A stretch of DNA of 63,308 nucleotides, taken from Octopus bimaculoides (Eukaryota). The stretch spans positions 47,489,494-47,552,801 of the forward strand of contig NC_068987.1 in the NCBI RefSeq assembly GCF_001194135.2. Direction: 5' to 3'. Shown here piece by piece: positions 48,780 to 62,084 of this stretch (its first letter is position 1; each line of letters starts with the position of its first letter). The position numbers and the translations under genes are program-made. The notes beneath the pieces were generated by a model that searched no databases, was not told the DNA's origin, and saw only the letters and a program-made list of their open reading frames with translations.

Positions 48780-50078
48780 TATTTTCAAGAATGTACAGTG
48801 TACAGGTAGGAGTTCACCAAGGCTCAATTCTCAACCCCCCTCTTGTTTATCTTAGTCATCCCGGCCTTGACTGGCTATCCCTGGGAGCTCCTCTACACTA
48901 ATGACTTTGTTCTTATAGCTGAATCATTACCTGACCTAGAGAAGAAATTTCAGGTGTTGAAACAAGGCCTGAACTCTAAGGGTCTTAGAGTTAATTTAGC
49001 GAAAACCAAAGTCCTAGTAAGTAGGAAAACAGACAAATCAGAAGTCCCTTCTGGGAGATGGCCCTGCTCAATATGTAAGAAGGGTGTTGGTAGAAACTCT
49101 ATACATTGTGTTGTACCCAGTGCAAGCTTTGGACACATGAAAAGTGTAGTGGTATCACAGGAAGGTTTCTGGAGAATATATTCTTTGTGTGTGGCAAATG
49201 TGCAAGTACAATAAGCACTAAAAATGCACAGACAATAGATCTTTATAAGTAGTAGATAGCATTTGTTACCTAGGAGACCAAGTTAGAAGTGGTGGAGGAA
49301 GTTCTGAAAGTGTAGCTACTAGAATAAGAATAGCAAAGTTCAGAGAGCTTCTACCTTTGTTGGTAACTAAAGGCCTCTCTTTCAGAGTGAAAGGTAGATT
49401 GTATGATGCTTATGTATGTACAGCTATGTTACATGGCACTGAAACATGGACTTTGACTGCAGAGGACTTGCGAAGGCTTGGAAGAAATGAAGCTAGCATG
49501 CTCTGCTGGATGGGTAATGTAAGTGTGCATGCATGACAGTGGAAATGATTTAAGAGGAAAACTGGGTATAAGAGGCATCATAGACTGTGTGCAAGAGAGA
49601 AGACTGTGCTGGTTTGGTCATGTGATGTGTATGGATGAGGACAGCTGCATAAAGAAGTGCCAACCTCTAATTGTGGAAGGTATTTGTGGAAAGGGTAGAC
49701 CCAGGAAGACATGGGAAAAGTGGTGAGAAAGGATCCTCAGAGACTGGGCCTCACTGAGGAAATGACAAATTACCAGATGTACCAATTTGCTGTACTTGAT
49801 AACACATGTCAAGCTAAGTAAAATCAGGCTTGTCCTTTCAGGTGCTGGTGCCACATGAAAAGCACATGTGCCGGTGCTGCATAAATGCACCCATGCTGGT
49901 GGCATGTAAAAAACACCCAGCACATTCTGTAAAGTGGTTGGCATTAGGAAGGGCATCCAGCTGTAGAAACCATGCCACAACAGACACTTGGAGTCTGGAC
50001 AGTTCCCAGCTGGCCAGCTCCATGTTAAACTGTCCAACACATGCCAACATAGAAAGCAGACGTTAAACGATGATGATG
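48780..50078 (+). mobile_element. 5'-truncated RTE LINE with (GAT)n tail
   Basis: PWELLYTND, KGLRVNLAKTKVL, RRLCWFGHV, GKGRPRKTW, plus the shared 3' terminus. Confidence 0.9.
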
Positions 50079-50498
50079 TTCCATTTCAGGTTTCCCTCTA
50101 ATGGACGTCCTCCTAACTTGTTAGAAAAGTATATTATTTCTGTCTTATTTTTTAAATAATAGCCATCAGGTTAAGAATTGAGAAAGATGAAGAAAATGAG
50201 GGAGACCCAAAAAGACATGGCACAACACCTTCAAAGACCTAAAATGTTAGCATCACCTGAGAAGACATAGGCCACTATGCTAAAAACTAGGATTATTAGA
50301 GATGTCTTGTTGCCCAATGCACAGGCTAACTGTACAAGAGGAACTAAGACAAAGCCTTGGACTAATCAAGAAAACATTCTTTATTTCAATGAAACACACC
50401 TTTGGAGAACTGTAACAACTATGTAATTACTGGGTGTATTGAATGAAGCAACAAATTGGGAAAAAAGTGAAAGTCTGTTTGTGAATAACAGCCTGTTT

Positions 50499-50751
50499 CA
50501 GTGGTTCACAACTGGGGTCCATTTAATCCTTGGGGATCCATATAAGATTTTGTTGTTAAAATTCATGTGCAATAAATTGATTATACTTCTAGAATGCACA
50601 AAATATTTCAATTTTTTAAAATGCAATTCCTAATAATATTCAATTATAAAAATATATTAGGTTTTTTTAAACATCAAATGGTTATGAGGGCACACCCATG
50701 TAAAATAGGAATCAAGGGATCCCGAGATATAAAAATGGTTGAGAACCATTG
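50499..50751. mobile_element. hAT-type MITE, ~253 bp
   Basis: TIRs cagtggttcacaac / gttgagaaccattg; TSD not preserved. Confidence 0.7.
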
Positions 50752-52278
50752 GTGGTTTACACCATAACCTTCTCTTGTCCAATATCTTTACAGTAGTCTG
50801 CCAATAAATATGTAGAAGAAAGAAGGTAAAGTGTTCAAGGCTTGCATGGAAGCAGCTTGTCAAAGTGTGTGAAATGGCAAAATGCTGTTTGTAGCTGACT
50901 GGAGGAAACTGTTTATTTTTTCTCAGGGGTCGCTAATATATGCCTAGCTCAAAGCTGAATTAAGACACTGTAAATGAAAATCAATCAAGTTTATCTAACT
51001 TCACCTCAGCTTCACTATAATAATGGTGAATTTCTGACAGGTTAAACAAATGGATTTTAAATGCACAGTTAGAGAACAAAGGAGATGGAAGTGAGGACTT
51101 AGGTTTTGACCCTGTTAAGTACCCACTACAACTGTATAAAATTTATTTTTTTAATTGTAATTCTACCAAACTGAAGCTGTATTTAAATTGTGTTTAATTT
51201 CCATTTCAGCATAGCGAGACACATAAATTCTTTAATTGTAAATGTATATATGATCATCAAGTAATATTCTAATATAATAATCTAATGTAAGGTGGTAAGC
51301 TGGTAGAATTGTTAGCACGCTAAGTAAAATGTTTAGTGGCATTTTGTCTGTCTATGTTCTGAGTTCAAATTCCGCTGAGGTCAACTTTACCTTTTGTCTT
51401 TTTGGGGGCAATGAAATAAGTACCAGTTGAATATTAGGAGCTGATGTAATCGACTTCCCCCCTTCCCCTGAATTTGCTGGCTTTGTGCCAAAATTTGAAA
51501 CCAATAGAGTAATCTAATGTAGAAATTGTTTGTCTTTCTAATAAAATCAGATTCCACATCAGTTATTTCCCCCCATCTTTGGATTAGGACATGAACCAAG
51601 TATCTTCTGTTTGTCTGTCAACTATTGGTGGTCTATTGCACTGGAATTCTGGCTCATATTTTTTAGATATTGACATATAACTGCTCCATGCAGCTTCCCA
51701 ATGGAAACAGAAAACAAAGATTAAGGCAAATTGGCAGGCATTAGAGCATAAGATAATACTGTCTGATATGTGTTCCCACTCTCTATATATGTTCTGAGTT
51801 AAAATCATGCTGAGCTCAACTTTGTCCTTCATACACTCACAATTGGGAAAAAAAGAATTGTACATAGGTGATGGGTTGGTAAGAACTGTAAGAAAGTTGA
51901 GCTGGACATTTTGCTGCATTTGTTTTGGCTCTTTGTGTTGTTGGGTCAAATCTCACCATTGCTTATTTGGGTGGTTGACTTAACCTGTTGCCTGGTTTAG
52001 TATCATCACCTGGCACTTTGGATTTATTTAGAATAGTCCACTCCATTGCTAGCATTGTGGTAAGGTTTCCAGTCCAGGGATACTGTCCTTTCCCCTTCAC
52101 CACCAGTCTGCAACAGGTCATCATCACTACCTTCTCTTCTCACTGAAAAGATTATTAAAAAAAAAAAAAGACAACGTGAAAGTAAATGATTAAGGTTACT
52201 AAAAAAAAAAACAAAGAAAAAAGAAAAAGTTAACATGAGGTGGGGGTGGATAAAAGAAATTTGATTATAGCATGTCTG

Positions 52279-52363
52279 GCTCTCCATAGTTTTAGCTTTC
52301 CTTTCTGTTTCCAGTCCAGCTTTTCCTAACTTCCTGTCGGCAGGAAGGCGCCGATGCGTTCTG
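52279..52363 (+). promoter_or_regulatory. Predicted promoter and exon 1 of ZNF paralog 3 (donor CTG|GTATGT)
   Basis: tagcatgtct..tccatag and ctgtcggcaggaa are shared with units 1/2; aligned donor. Confidence 0.55.
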
Positions 52364-53596
52364 GTATGTTCATGTCGTTCTTTCTCATCTCCCCCATTAT
52401 CTATATAGTCCTATTGTACTTGCATTATACGCCAGTTGTTAGACATATTAGCTGTATTATATTTATAGCTATTCACTAACTCTATTCTACTGATGACGAA
52501 CTGGTTTCCTTTGTTTGATGTATGGGATGTGTTGTTGGTGGTCAGTGACAGCTGTTGATGTGGTTGTTGTTGTATGATGTAAATGTAGAGGGACAGTGTA
52601 TCTCTCGTTGACTAAATAATTACACTCACACACTCTACTACAGTATTCACTTCTTGAACATCTTTATTTATTCTCTATAAATAGTAATAATATCTAAAAT
52701 GAATAGAATTATTCGGAGGCTTGAATTAAGAGAAAGATGACAAAATAATTTCCATTAACAGTTAAATAATCAAAAAGGTAATTAGAAAATGATAAAAATA
52801 GAACCGACACAAGACAAACGAAGATTCATCTCGAAAAAGTAATATTTACTACATAAATACAGCACACCTAATTGAAGGACCTCCCTATCCCCTCCGTGAA
52901 AGTGTCCCTTTAATGGTGTGACCAACTCTTATAAGGTTAACCGCAAGGTAGAGCTAATGGAATGTCACTAACACGTATCTTAGATGGACGTGTTTCGAAT
53001 ATTGGGTGAAGGAATCTGATTATTCATTCTAGGTTAGATTTTTTTCGTCGCATACCTATCAATGTTAGTCTTCTCTATTACCAGGTACCCTGCATCTAGG
53101 TCAGTTATTGTTTCAAGTTAGAAATGCTGTTGTGTGGCTGAGCAGTTAGGACCTCCCTCTAACCATCTTTAAAACACAAACCCATTGACTAATATAGTCT
53201 ATGCTATATTATGCCTGAAAGAGAAAAAAATGACGAGAATGGCTACAACTGTAATGCCTTGATCATAGGTCAGCACGATCAAAGCTGACAACTCTCTCTC
53301 TCTCTCCCTCCCCCTCCTCCTCCCTCCNNNNNNNNNNNNNNNNNNNNNNNNNNNNNNNNNNNNNNNNNNNNNNNNNNNNNNNNNNNNNNNNNNNNNNNNN
53401 NNNNNNNNNNNNNCTCTCCTGGGGAGGGTTTGAACTCTGCATTGTACCTAAAGGAAAATAACGTCAGTTATGCAGTGGCTCTTACTTCTGGCAGAAGTGA
53501 ATGAACTACGTTAATTATCATGGATGGGGGCTGGCTGAAGTTACCTTCGCTGGAGACAATATGGCAAGACTGGTGGTTAGATACAAACCTTAAACC

Positions 53597-53720
53597 CAGT
53601 GGTTTCCAACCTTTTTACTACCAAGGATCCCTTTTGATATGCTTATATATATATGAAATTTTGAACTTACTTCACAGACCTCCATTCCTACCTTTGTAGA
53701 CCACAGGTTAGGAACCGCTG
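53597..53720. mobile_element. hAT-type MITE, 124 bp
   Basis: TIRs cagtggtttccaacc / ggttaggaaccgctg. TSD cttaaacc / ctttaacc (7 of 8). Confidence 0.8.
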
Positions 53721-55411
53721 CTTTAACCAATCCATCTGCAGGTTAGCCACCTACCAACTTCAGATTACCAGTCATGACACTGGCACTCCTCTAAAATATT
53801 ATTTTCACTCAAATTTGAAAAGAAAAGGAAAAGAAAAATTAATTTCCTCAATTCATGTTTATTCAGTCTTTCTGATACAAACCAACCCGAGATGGCCACT
53901 GGTTGTATCTAATCTCTAACTCTTATATCTATTTTAAAATCTTACTTCATAATTTTAAACTAAGAACCTTTGTTATGTTTCAAACATCATCTTAATATCG
54001 AGTAAGTTCATTATTTTACTAAATCACTCCAAATTTTTGTTTACTTTCTGAATTAATTGAGCGTCTCTCTCTGACAGCAATACTTGTTCTGGCATTATTT
54101 TTCTATATATTGCTGACATGGAGATGAGTCACTGCTATCTCTAGCAGTCAAGTGTCCATCATTGACAAGACCAAGGAAGGTCAACATGATGTGACTTGGT
54201 GGTCTCAGTGCCAGAGATGACAGGGATTCATCTGCCCACTAGCAATATAAACAAGAGCGCGTTTTGCAACAAAAGCCACTGACAGCACCTCTCGTGGTAT
54301 CTACCTCGGAATAGTTTGTCCTAACAGAACATCCACACTTAAGTTGGGATATATATTACCTCTCAATATTAATACTGCTTCTGTTGCTAATATATAACTG
54401 AACAGTATTTTTCAGTAGAAATATGGTCAAGAATTGGTTAATTCCATATCTAGTATCTGATTAGCTCTAATTTTAGTAGTATTTTTCTATTGTTCCTATT
54501 TATAAAACTTGGATGGGGCTATTAAAAATTGAGTGTCATTGCTAGCTGGGCTAGAATGGCTTCACAGTGCAACATCAGAATATGAATTGCTGACCTTTTT
54601 AGTTTGGTTATTATTTCATATCTTTATTTTGAAGTTTATCTGAAAGATTTTTTTGTCTGAGAGAATGCATATCTTTTACTCGTTTCAGTTATTAAACTGC
54701 AATCATGCTGGGGCACTACCTTGAAGTGTTTTTAGTTGAATACGTTGACTCCAGTACTTATTTTTAAGTCAGTTACTTACTCTATCGGTGTCTTTTACCA
54801 AACTTCTAAGTTACAGGGATGTACACAAACTAACACTGGTTATCAAACAGTAGTGGAGAGCAGACAGACACAAAAATAGTTGGTGGTAAGGAGATTTAAT
54901 ATCAACGTAGTGGTTGAGAGAAACACAAATGTAAATACTACTAGTACCATCATCATCATTTTATGTCCAGTAGCTCAAAATAAATTAGCCATGGGATAGA
55001 ACCTAGAGCTATGTGGTTGTGAAGTGATCTTCTTGGCCATATACCATGCCTGTACCCTTTAGTGATATCATTTAACATTCCGAGTTGAACTCCTACTGAA
55101 TTGCTTTTCATCCTCTGTGTTTGATAAGTGTTAGTTATATGCTAGGATAAATAGAACTGATTATAGTACACCTCTATGGTCTTGTACTAATGTTAGAAAT
55201 TTTTGTTTTAAGGTAATATCAATTGTCTTTAGGACAGAAAAGTTGTATAAAGGAATCATTTCCTATCACTTGCGAATATAGGAAGACTAAAAACCATAGT
55301 GATGGTGATTATAAGGATTATTATTTATTTATTTATATATTTCAGAATGAAGTAAAGAAGTTGAAGAAAATTCAAGTTGCTTGTGTCCTATTGGGATTAA
55401 ACAGAATATTG

Positions 55412-55490
55412 TGACATCTCTGCTATTGTGGTGTATGTGACAAGGACATTATCCATATTTTTATTCCTGGAAGATCTCATGAAGGCACAC
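55412..55490 (+). pseudogene. Decayed finger 1 of paralog 3
   Basis: YCGVCDKDIIHI in one frame behind an in-frame TGA at 55412, a +1 shift at the T-run 55458-55462, then LEDLMKAH (first His replaced by Leu). Confidence 0.8.
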
Positions 55491-56096
55491 ACTTCAGCAA
55501 GACGTTACCCATGCGAAACATGTGGCAAAACATTCTCACAAAATTCCCATCTTTCAAGACACATAAGAACACATACAGGAGAGAAGCCTTTCCGCTGCGA
55601 AGTCTGTGGCAAGGGCTTCCCTGAGAATTATACATTAAAAACCCACATGAAAACCCACACAGGAGTGAAACCTTTCCATTGTGATATATGTGATAAAGAC
55701 TTTACTGAAAAAGCCACATTGATAAAACACACACGCAGCCATACAGGGCTAAGACCCTACAGCTGTGAAACCTGTGGGGACAGTTTTGCAGATCATTCTA
55801 CTTTAAGAACACACATAAGAACTCACACAGGAGAGAAACCATACCATTGTGAGATTTGTGGGAAAGACTTTGCAGTCCATTCTAACTTCAAAAAACACCT
55901 TCGAATCCATGCCCGACAACAAGAATTATTCCAGTGTGAAAATTGCGGGGAAAAATTCTCTCATAGATTTTATTTAATGAAGCATGTGGAAACACATGCA
56001 CCAAAATCCATTACACAACTGCGTTGTCAGATTTGTGGTGACAATTTTATTGATAGTGTTGCTTTGCAAAGTCATTTAAAGATTCATAATGATTAG
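55479..56096 (+). CDS. C2H2 zinc-finger protein, 7 intact fingers (paralog 3; finger 1 decayed, start inferred at an internal Met, 205 aa)
   Basis: Open frame colinear with fingers 2-8 of paralogs 1 and 2. The ancestral ATG region is lost. True start is uncertain. Confidence 0.8.
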   Translation: MKAHTSARRYPCETCGKTFSQNSHLSRHIRTHTGEKPFRCEVCGKGFPENYTLKTHMKTHTGVKPFHCDICDKDFTEKATLIKHTRSHTGLRPYSCETCGDSFADHSTLRTHIRTHTGEKPYHCEICGKDFAVHSNFKKHLRIHARQQELFQCENCGEKFSHRFYLMKHVETHAPKSITQLRCQICGDNFIDSVALQSHLKIHND

Positions 56097-56314
56097 TAGA
56101 TATTTCAGAGACCACTAACTTTCATAGCAAGAGATAAAAGGTATAAAGATAGAATTTCTCAATTAATTAATTCAAAGTTACTGTATTTTCCAGCATACAA
56201 GTTGAATTTTTCATACAAAAATTTACAGCCAAAACTTATACACCAAGATGAATTTGGAGAACCAAAAATTCCATGTGAAATTCAGCAGGATTTGGAAAGA
56301 TAGTGAAGATGTTT

Positions 56315-56708
56315 ACTCTTTTACTTGTTTCAGTCATTTGACTGTGGCCATGCTGGAGCCCCACCTTTAGTCGAGCAAATTGACTCCAGGACTTATTCTT
56401 TGTAAGCCTATTACTTATTCTATCGGTCTCTTTTGTCGAACCACTAAATTACGGGGACGTAAACATACCAGCATTGGTTGTCAAACAATGTTGCGGGGGA
56501 CAAACACAGACACACAAACATACATATATATATATATACATATACACGATGGGCTTCTTTCAGTTTCCGTCTACCAAATCCACTCACAAGGCTTTAGTTG
56601 GCTCGAGGCTATAGTAGAAGACACTTGCCCAAGGTGCCACGCAGTGGGACTGAACCTGGAACCATGTGGTTCGTAAGCAAGCTACTTACCGCACAGCCAC
56701 TCCTATGC
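56315..56708 (-). mobile_element. SINE family A, young full-length copy
   Basis: Complete head-to-tail match to the other A copies; CpGs retained. Confidence 0.85.
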
Positions 56709-57328
56709 CATGTTTGTTTATACTATACATTATGTTGAGTTATATACCAAAAAATACAGTTTAGCAGTTTCCCTAAAGATACCAATTCTGGCATTGCATG
56801 ACACAAATACATGGTAGTTAGTAGATATAGTTGGTACTAGATTATAGAAGTCAGTGAATTAGGCTAAAGAAATTCTTCTAAGGCAAATATTAGTTTTTAA
56901 CATTTTTTTAGAGTTAACTGGTGTATGCTGACATAGATACCTTAAATGAAAGGTATCAAAATTATACTTTATGTGAAGCAAAATATTTTTAGCAAAAATA
57001 TTAACAGAAAAATATGACACTATTCTGTGTACATACAATTGTAAGTGAAACCATACCCACTATATACATGCACTAATATATTTGTCAACAGAGTGGGTAT
57101 ATTAATTGAATTGTCAGTATTAAATATTCATTATGGCTGATCTTACTAATTGGATTCACACTGGTTGTTAAACTAGATGTTAGATAGGAATCTGATTGTG
57201 TACCCCTGTACTCATCAGAGCTGGAAACTACGGAAGAAATATTTTCTTTCATCTAACATTCGGTTTAACACCCAATGTGAAACCAAGTGGTAAGATCAGC
57301 CATAATAGATATATGATACTGTACACTT

Positions 57329-57385
<57 letters not shown>

Positions 57386-57592
57386 TATAAAGCAATGAGT
57401 ACAAAAAGAAGACAGCATAGGAGAGACAAGTTTTAACAAATGTTGTATGTTTATATATATATATAGTCACAATGATGATATTTAGACCTCTTACAGGGAT
57501 ATTTTTATCCAAGATACACTGGTTTGATATATTGTATTTTGAAGAGATATTTTCTTCAATGAATATATTATATAAAATATCAAACATTATTA

Positions 57593-58023
57593 TTAAGTTT
57601 GAAAACAAAGAAATCTAATGGATACAGATTAATTTATTAATTAATTAACATCTTCACCTACAATTGTTTCATTTTGCATCCAATTTAAACTACAAAACAT
57701 ATATAAATCTTGTTTTTCAAAATATCTTGGGAGGAAAATCATCAGGACATGAAAAAGGACAATATAAGGATTACATTATAATCTGTTTGAATACTCCTAG
57801 ATATTATTCTTAGTATATTGGAGTATTCCAACAGATTGTAAAGTAATCCTTGTATTGTCCATTTTTATTCCTGATGATTTTCCATCCAAGGTATTTTGAA
57901 ATGCAAGATTATATATTTATATGTTTTGTAGTTTAAATTGGATACACAATGAAACAATTTTAGGGAAGATGTTAATTAATAAATTAATTTGTATCCATTA
58001 AATCTCTCTGTTTTCAAACTTAA
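57593..58023. repeat. Long imperfect palindrome (fold-back element): ~205-bp arms, ~22-bp loop
   Basis: ttaagtttgaaaac..aatctgtttgaatactcc [loop] ggagtattccaacagatt..gttttcaaacttaa. Confidence 0.85.
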
Positions 58024-58071
58024 AGATAATAATATATATATATATATGTGAATTTTACTTCATTTAAAATA

Positions 58072-59363
58072 CAGGGTTGGGCAGAGAGGACATGTTTTTG
58101 AACAATTTACAAAATCATTAATTTTAGCTGCAAACAAATTTTATAGACATCAATGTGTCAAAATCAAGTGTGGAAAACAACATCCATCAGATGGTGTCTG
58201 TTTTCATTGATGCATTTCTGAAGGTGTTCTTGGAAATTGGCCTCTACTCTCTCCAGCATTGCTCTGTTGATTTGGGTGATTTCCACGCAAACAGCTTCCT
58301 TCAGATTGTTCAATGTATAGGGCTTATGCACATACACGTATGCCTTGAGAAATAATTACACATGGACAAATTTGGGGACCGAGGGGGCCAAGGAACATCA
58401 GTAGACCTGGAAATGAGGTGGTCACCGAAGAGAGGGCAAAGAATGTCCATTGATGCTCTGGCTGTGTGGGCTGTTGCCCTATCCTGCTGAAACCACAAGC
58501 ATTGAATAGGCATATGTTTCATTGTAATTTAGGCAGAAAGAAGTTGTTTATCAATTGGATGTAACACTCGGAGTTCATAGTAACAGTATTTCCATTAGTC
58601 TTCAAATAAGTAAAGACCAATGACGGCAGCTTTTCCAATAGCACATCAGACCATCACTTTTAGGTTTGCAGTGATCTTTCATGCAGTTCTCTTGGATTTT
58701 CAAGAGCCCAATAACAACAGTTCTGTTAATTCACCATGCCATTGAGATGAAAATGAGCTTCATCACTCATTAACAAAATGAGGTCATTTGCCTCAAAAAT
58801 TGCTGCCATCTGATGTGTGAAGTTAAGCCACTGTGCATAGTCCCATGTTTTCATCCGATACCTAGTGACCAATTTGTATGGGTGGAAATGCAGGTCTTCA
58901 TGCAAAATATGCCTTACTGATTGATTAATGATGCCAACTTCAGTGGAATGTCTCTGAGCATAGTGATTTGGACTCCCTATCAAAGCTTTCTGAGGCATTC
59001 CACATTTTCCACGGTCTGTACTGTTTGTGGTGCCCTCACCAGTCTCGTATTCTTTAGTGTACCTTGTGTACGAAGTGCATTCACCCAATGTAAGATTGTG
59101 TTATGGGTGGGAACTGCCTGATTTTGGTAAATGTTGAAGTGGCACCGAAACTCATTCAGAATTGCTATGACAGACTCCTTCTTCATATAATTGTTGTAGG
59201 CAAACATGCGATGCTCTATCATCCACAGCACCATGGCTTCACCTGAAAAGAAAAAAAAATGTCAAGACACCACGGACCGAATGGTACCTGTTGGACATAT
59301 GTCCCTCCCCCTGTGGTTGAGTAATAGCCATTTCAGAAACGTCCACCTCTCTTCCCCACCCTG
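58072..59363 (-). mobile_element. Tc1/mariner of the DD41D (rosa/Visitor) group, near full length, inactivated
   Basis: TA|CAGGGT.GGG.AGAGAGG TIRs with TA TSDs. MSDEAHFHLNG, WFQQD(R)ATAH, WPPRSPNLSMC(N). 41 residues between the second and third catalytic positions. Confidence 0.9.
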
Positions 59364-62084
59364 TAGTATAAAGGGTTTATATAATTTCTCAGTAAGAAAG
59401 AACACAGAGGCAATGCAATCACTACAGTTTGCTGTGAATATAACCACTTTTAGACATTTATCTACTTTTGTAAATTTTATTTCACTTAAAATTGTAGAAA
59501 CATTAATCAAATGTGTATAAATGAAATTATTTAATTGTGATTTATTAAACAAATATTGAATAATTAGTGACATTACAGCTCTTTGATCATCTTCTAGAGA
59601 AAAATCTCTCTTTCTCTCTCACACTTTTAGTTACAAAAAAGTTATCAGTATTAGCTGACAAAAAAAATTAAAAGATTTTCTTTGTAGGATAATTCTTTTA
59701 ATACCAGCCATCTAGGACTGCCCCTGGTTCTGTGGTACAAACTTGTTTTAAATTAATCTAAATCATAACCTTTCGTTAAAATTATGTCTAACACACCAGC
59801 TAAATGATTACTGTTATTTTACTAAATTCATCAACATTTTCGAAAGTAACTGAAGCAAAGCACTGTTTTTCTTCAGAATTATGGTAACAAAAGGGTTAAA
59901 TGTGAAGGTGATAGCTTTAATACAGAACCACTTTATTAAGAAAGAGTATGTAACAGTATATAGTAAATATATGATCAATGTAAAATATTGACCTTCAAGG
60001 AAGATGACATAATTCAAAGTATGATTCACTGTGCCTCAATTGAGCTGATTTAGTATTAGTATCAAGCGTGTATGATCACAGCAGTTGACATTAGGAAAAG
60101 CCTACTGCCATGTACATCAGGAGAGCCATTACTAGCAGGTAGATTTATAAAGCTTGCATAGAGCTTCTTTATAGCTCTACCTGCTAGTAATAGCAACCTA
60201 CTGTCTTAAAACTGCCTGTTCAGGGCTGATCTGTGGTTACATGAGAGTCATCTACAGATGCATAGCAGAAGTAGCAGACCAAGGAAAATGTGAAGTTATC
60301 AAAGCTGGACTGAAAACACTGGAGCTTATGAAAGAGATAACATAAAAGCAAGATGTATGAGAAGTTGCTGTCTTGTGAACCTATCCAACCCATGGCAAAT
60401 GTTAAAATGTTAATTATGATTACAACTCAAAATTGTTAGAGTATTTTCTACCAAAAATATATATCCTCATGATGTTTAATCTTGTCTCATATATAAACAA
60501 TTACAAAAAAGAAATATTGTTTTGCAAGTACTTTACTTTGCTAGCATGGGTTGGAATCAATGTGTTATTTCTGAAAATGTATTATAGGGGAAGGTTAGAG
60601 TGTTTTTTTGTTGTTACTATTGTTTATTGCTAAAAGCTTTTGTATAACAATATGTTCTGTTAGATAAACAACATTGTGATAGTGTTGTAGTTTATCACTG
60701 TTGTGATGGAACAAAAAACTGACTATAGTTTATTTCTTTGTTGTTATTGAGGTGTATAATTTTTTTATATATATACCTAGAGAAATATAAAGACAAAGAT
60801 TGTAGAATAAATTTCCTTAAATTAGAAATATGAATAGCAAAGACTTGGTTGTTTTTATATATTTTTATTATATTTGTCATTGAATTCAAATGTGGTAAAC
60901 ATGGTAAAAATGGTATAGTGCTGGACAAAATACAATCTGGGTTGAAGATTTTCTACTTCATACATTCAGGGTTAATGAAAATATATTTCAGTCATGTTCT
61001 AGGGGTCAGAAATGGTCCCTTCAAAGAATTCTACATGGTTTTCTAGCAAATTTCACTCAGAAGTCTTGATTTACCTAGATCTGCAGTAGAAGACAATTCC
61101 TGAAAGTCCTACATTTTGGGATTGACTGTGAGATCACAAAGTTGCAAAGTATACTTATTAACCACATATTCTTATCTCTACCTCTTCTGCAGTTGTCACC
61201 TACTCTTCCCTACTTATTGTCCCTCAACACTTGTTCTTCATTATGTTCTCCCTCACACCTTCACTATTTCTACCATCTCTCACTCAACTGTACACTTTTG
61301 CAACATCCACCTATCATTTTACACTTTCTGTTCTGTCCCCACTCCTACTCACCTTGTATCTTGAGGGTCCCTCTGATACCTCATCACCACTACTTTATCT
61401 CTTTCCAGCTCAACCATGACCAATCCTACTCTCTCTTCTATAATGTGAATAGCTATGTAGATCCTCTACAGCAATAAACCTGCTGTTTCTGGCTCTCTTC
61501 TCCTCATCCCTTGGCATACAGCTGCCTCTTCCCCTCTCTACTGTAGCCCTACTCAAGGATTTGGTCTTGTCAGCTGCAAAGTGATTGGCATTAGGAAGAT
61601 TATCCACACAGCTCTCAGGTGCCTTTAGCAGAGTCAACTGAGGGTTGGGTCTCTTATCTTAGGGCATCTTGAGGCATGGTTTTTCCAATGAAGCAAGCTA
61701 TGAGCCCTCTCTCCTAGCCTAGGTGCCTGGTGGAGAAAACCATCATGGATGCTACTGTACCTTCTCTGAATAAACTATGAAATATATCTTTCAATGTTTT
61801 GAGGTTAATAAAATATCGGGTCTCTGTCAGTAAAGTTTGTTCATCATTACCATTATCATCATCATTTAACATCCATGTTCTATGTTTGTATGGGTGGGAT
61901 GCTAATTTTTGAGGCAGAATTTCTATTGCTGAATGCCTTTCCTGTTGCCAACCCTTACCTGTTTGCAAGGAAGGTAATATTTCTCCATGGTCAGGCATGT
62001 TTTTATAGAATATTGGAAATGAATGATACTGTTTGATTGATAGTGACACTCATATACATCCATACATACATATACATTCATTTA

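Noticed and set aside
55428-55478. ORF-track start MVYVTRTLSIFLF for paralog 3
   Set aside because: Begins at GTG and is the shifted reading of the decayed finger 1; not homologous to the paralog N-termini.
57196-57218. Minus-strand CTGATGA-GTAC-aggg-GTAC-ACAA
   Set aside because: GAAA box broken and no stems I/III found; at most a Penelope-like fossil.
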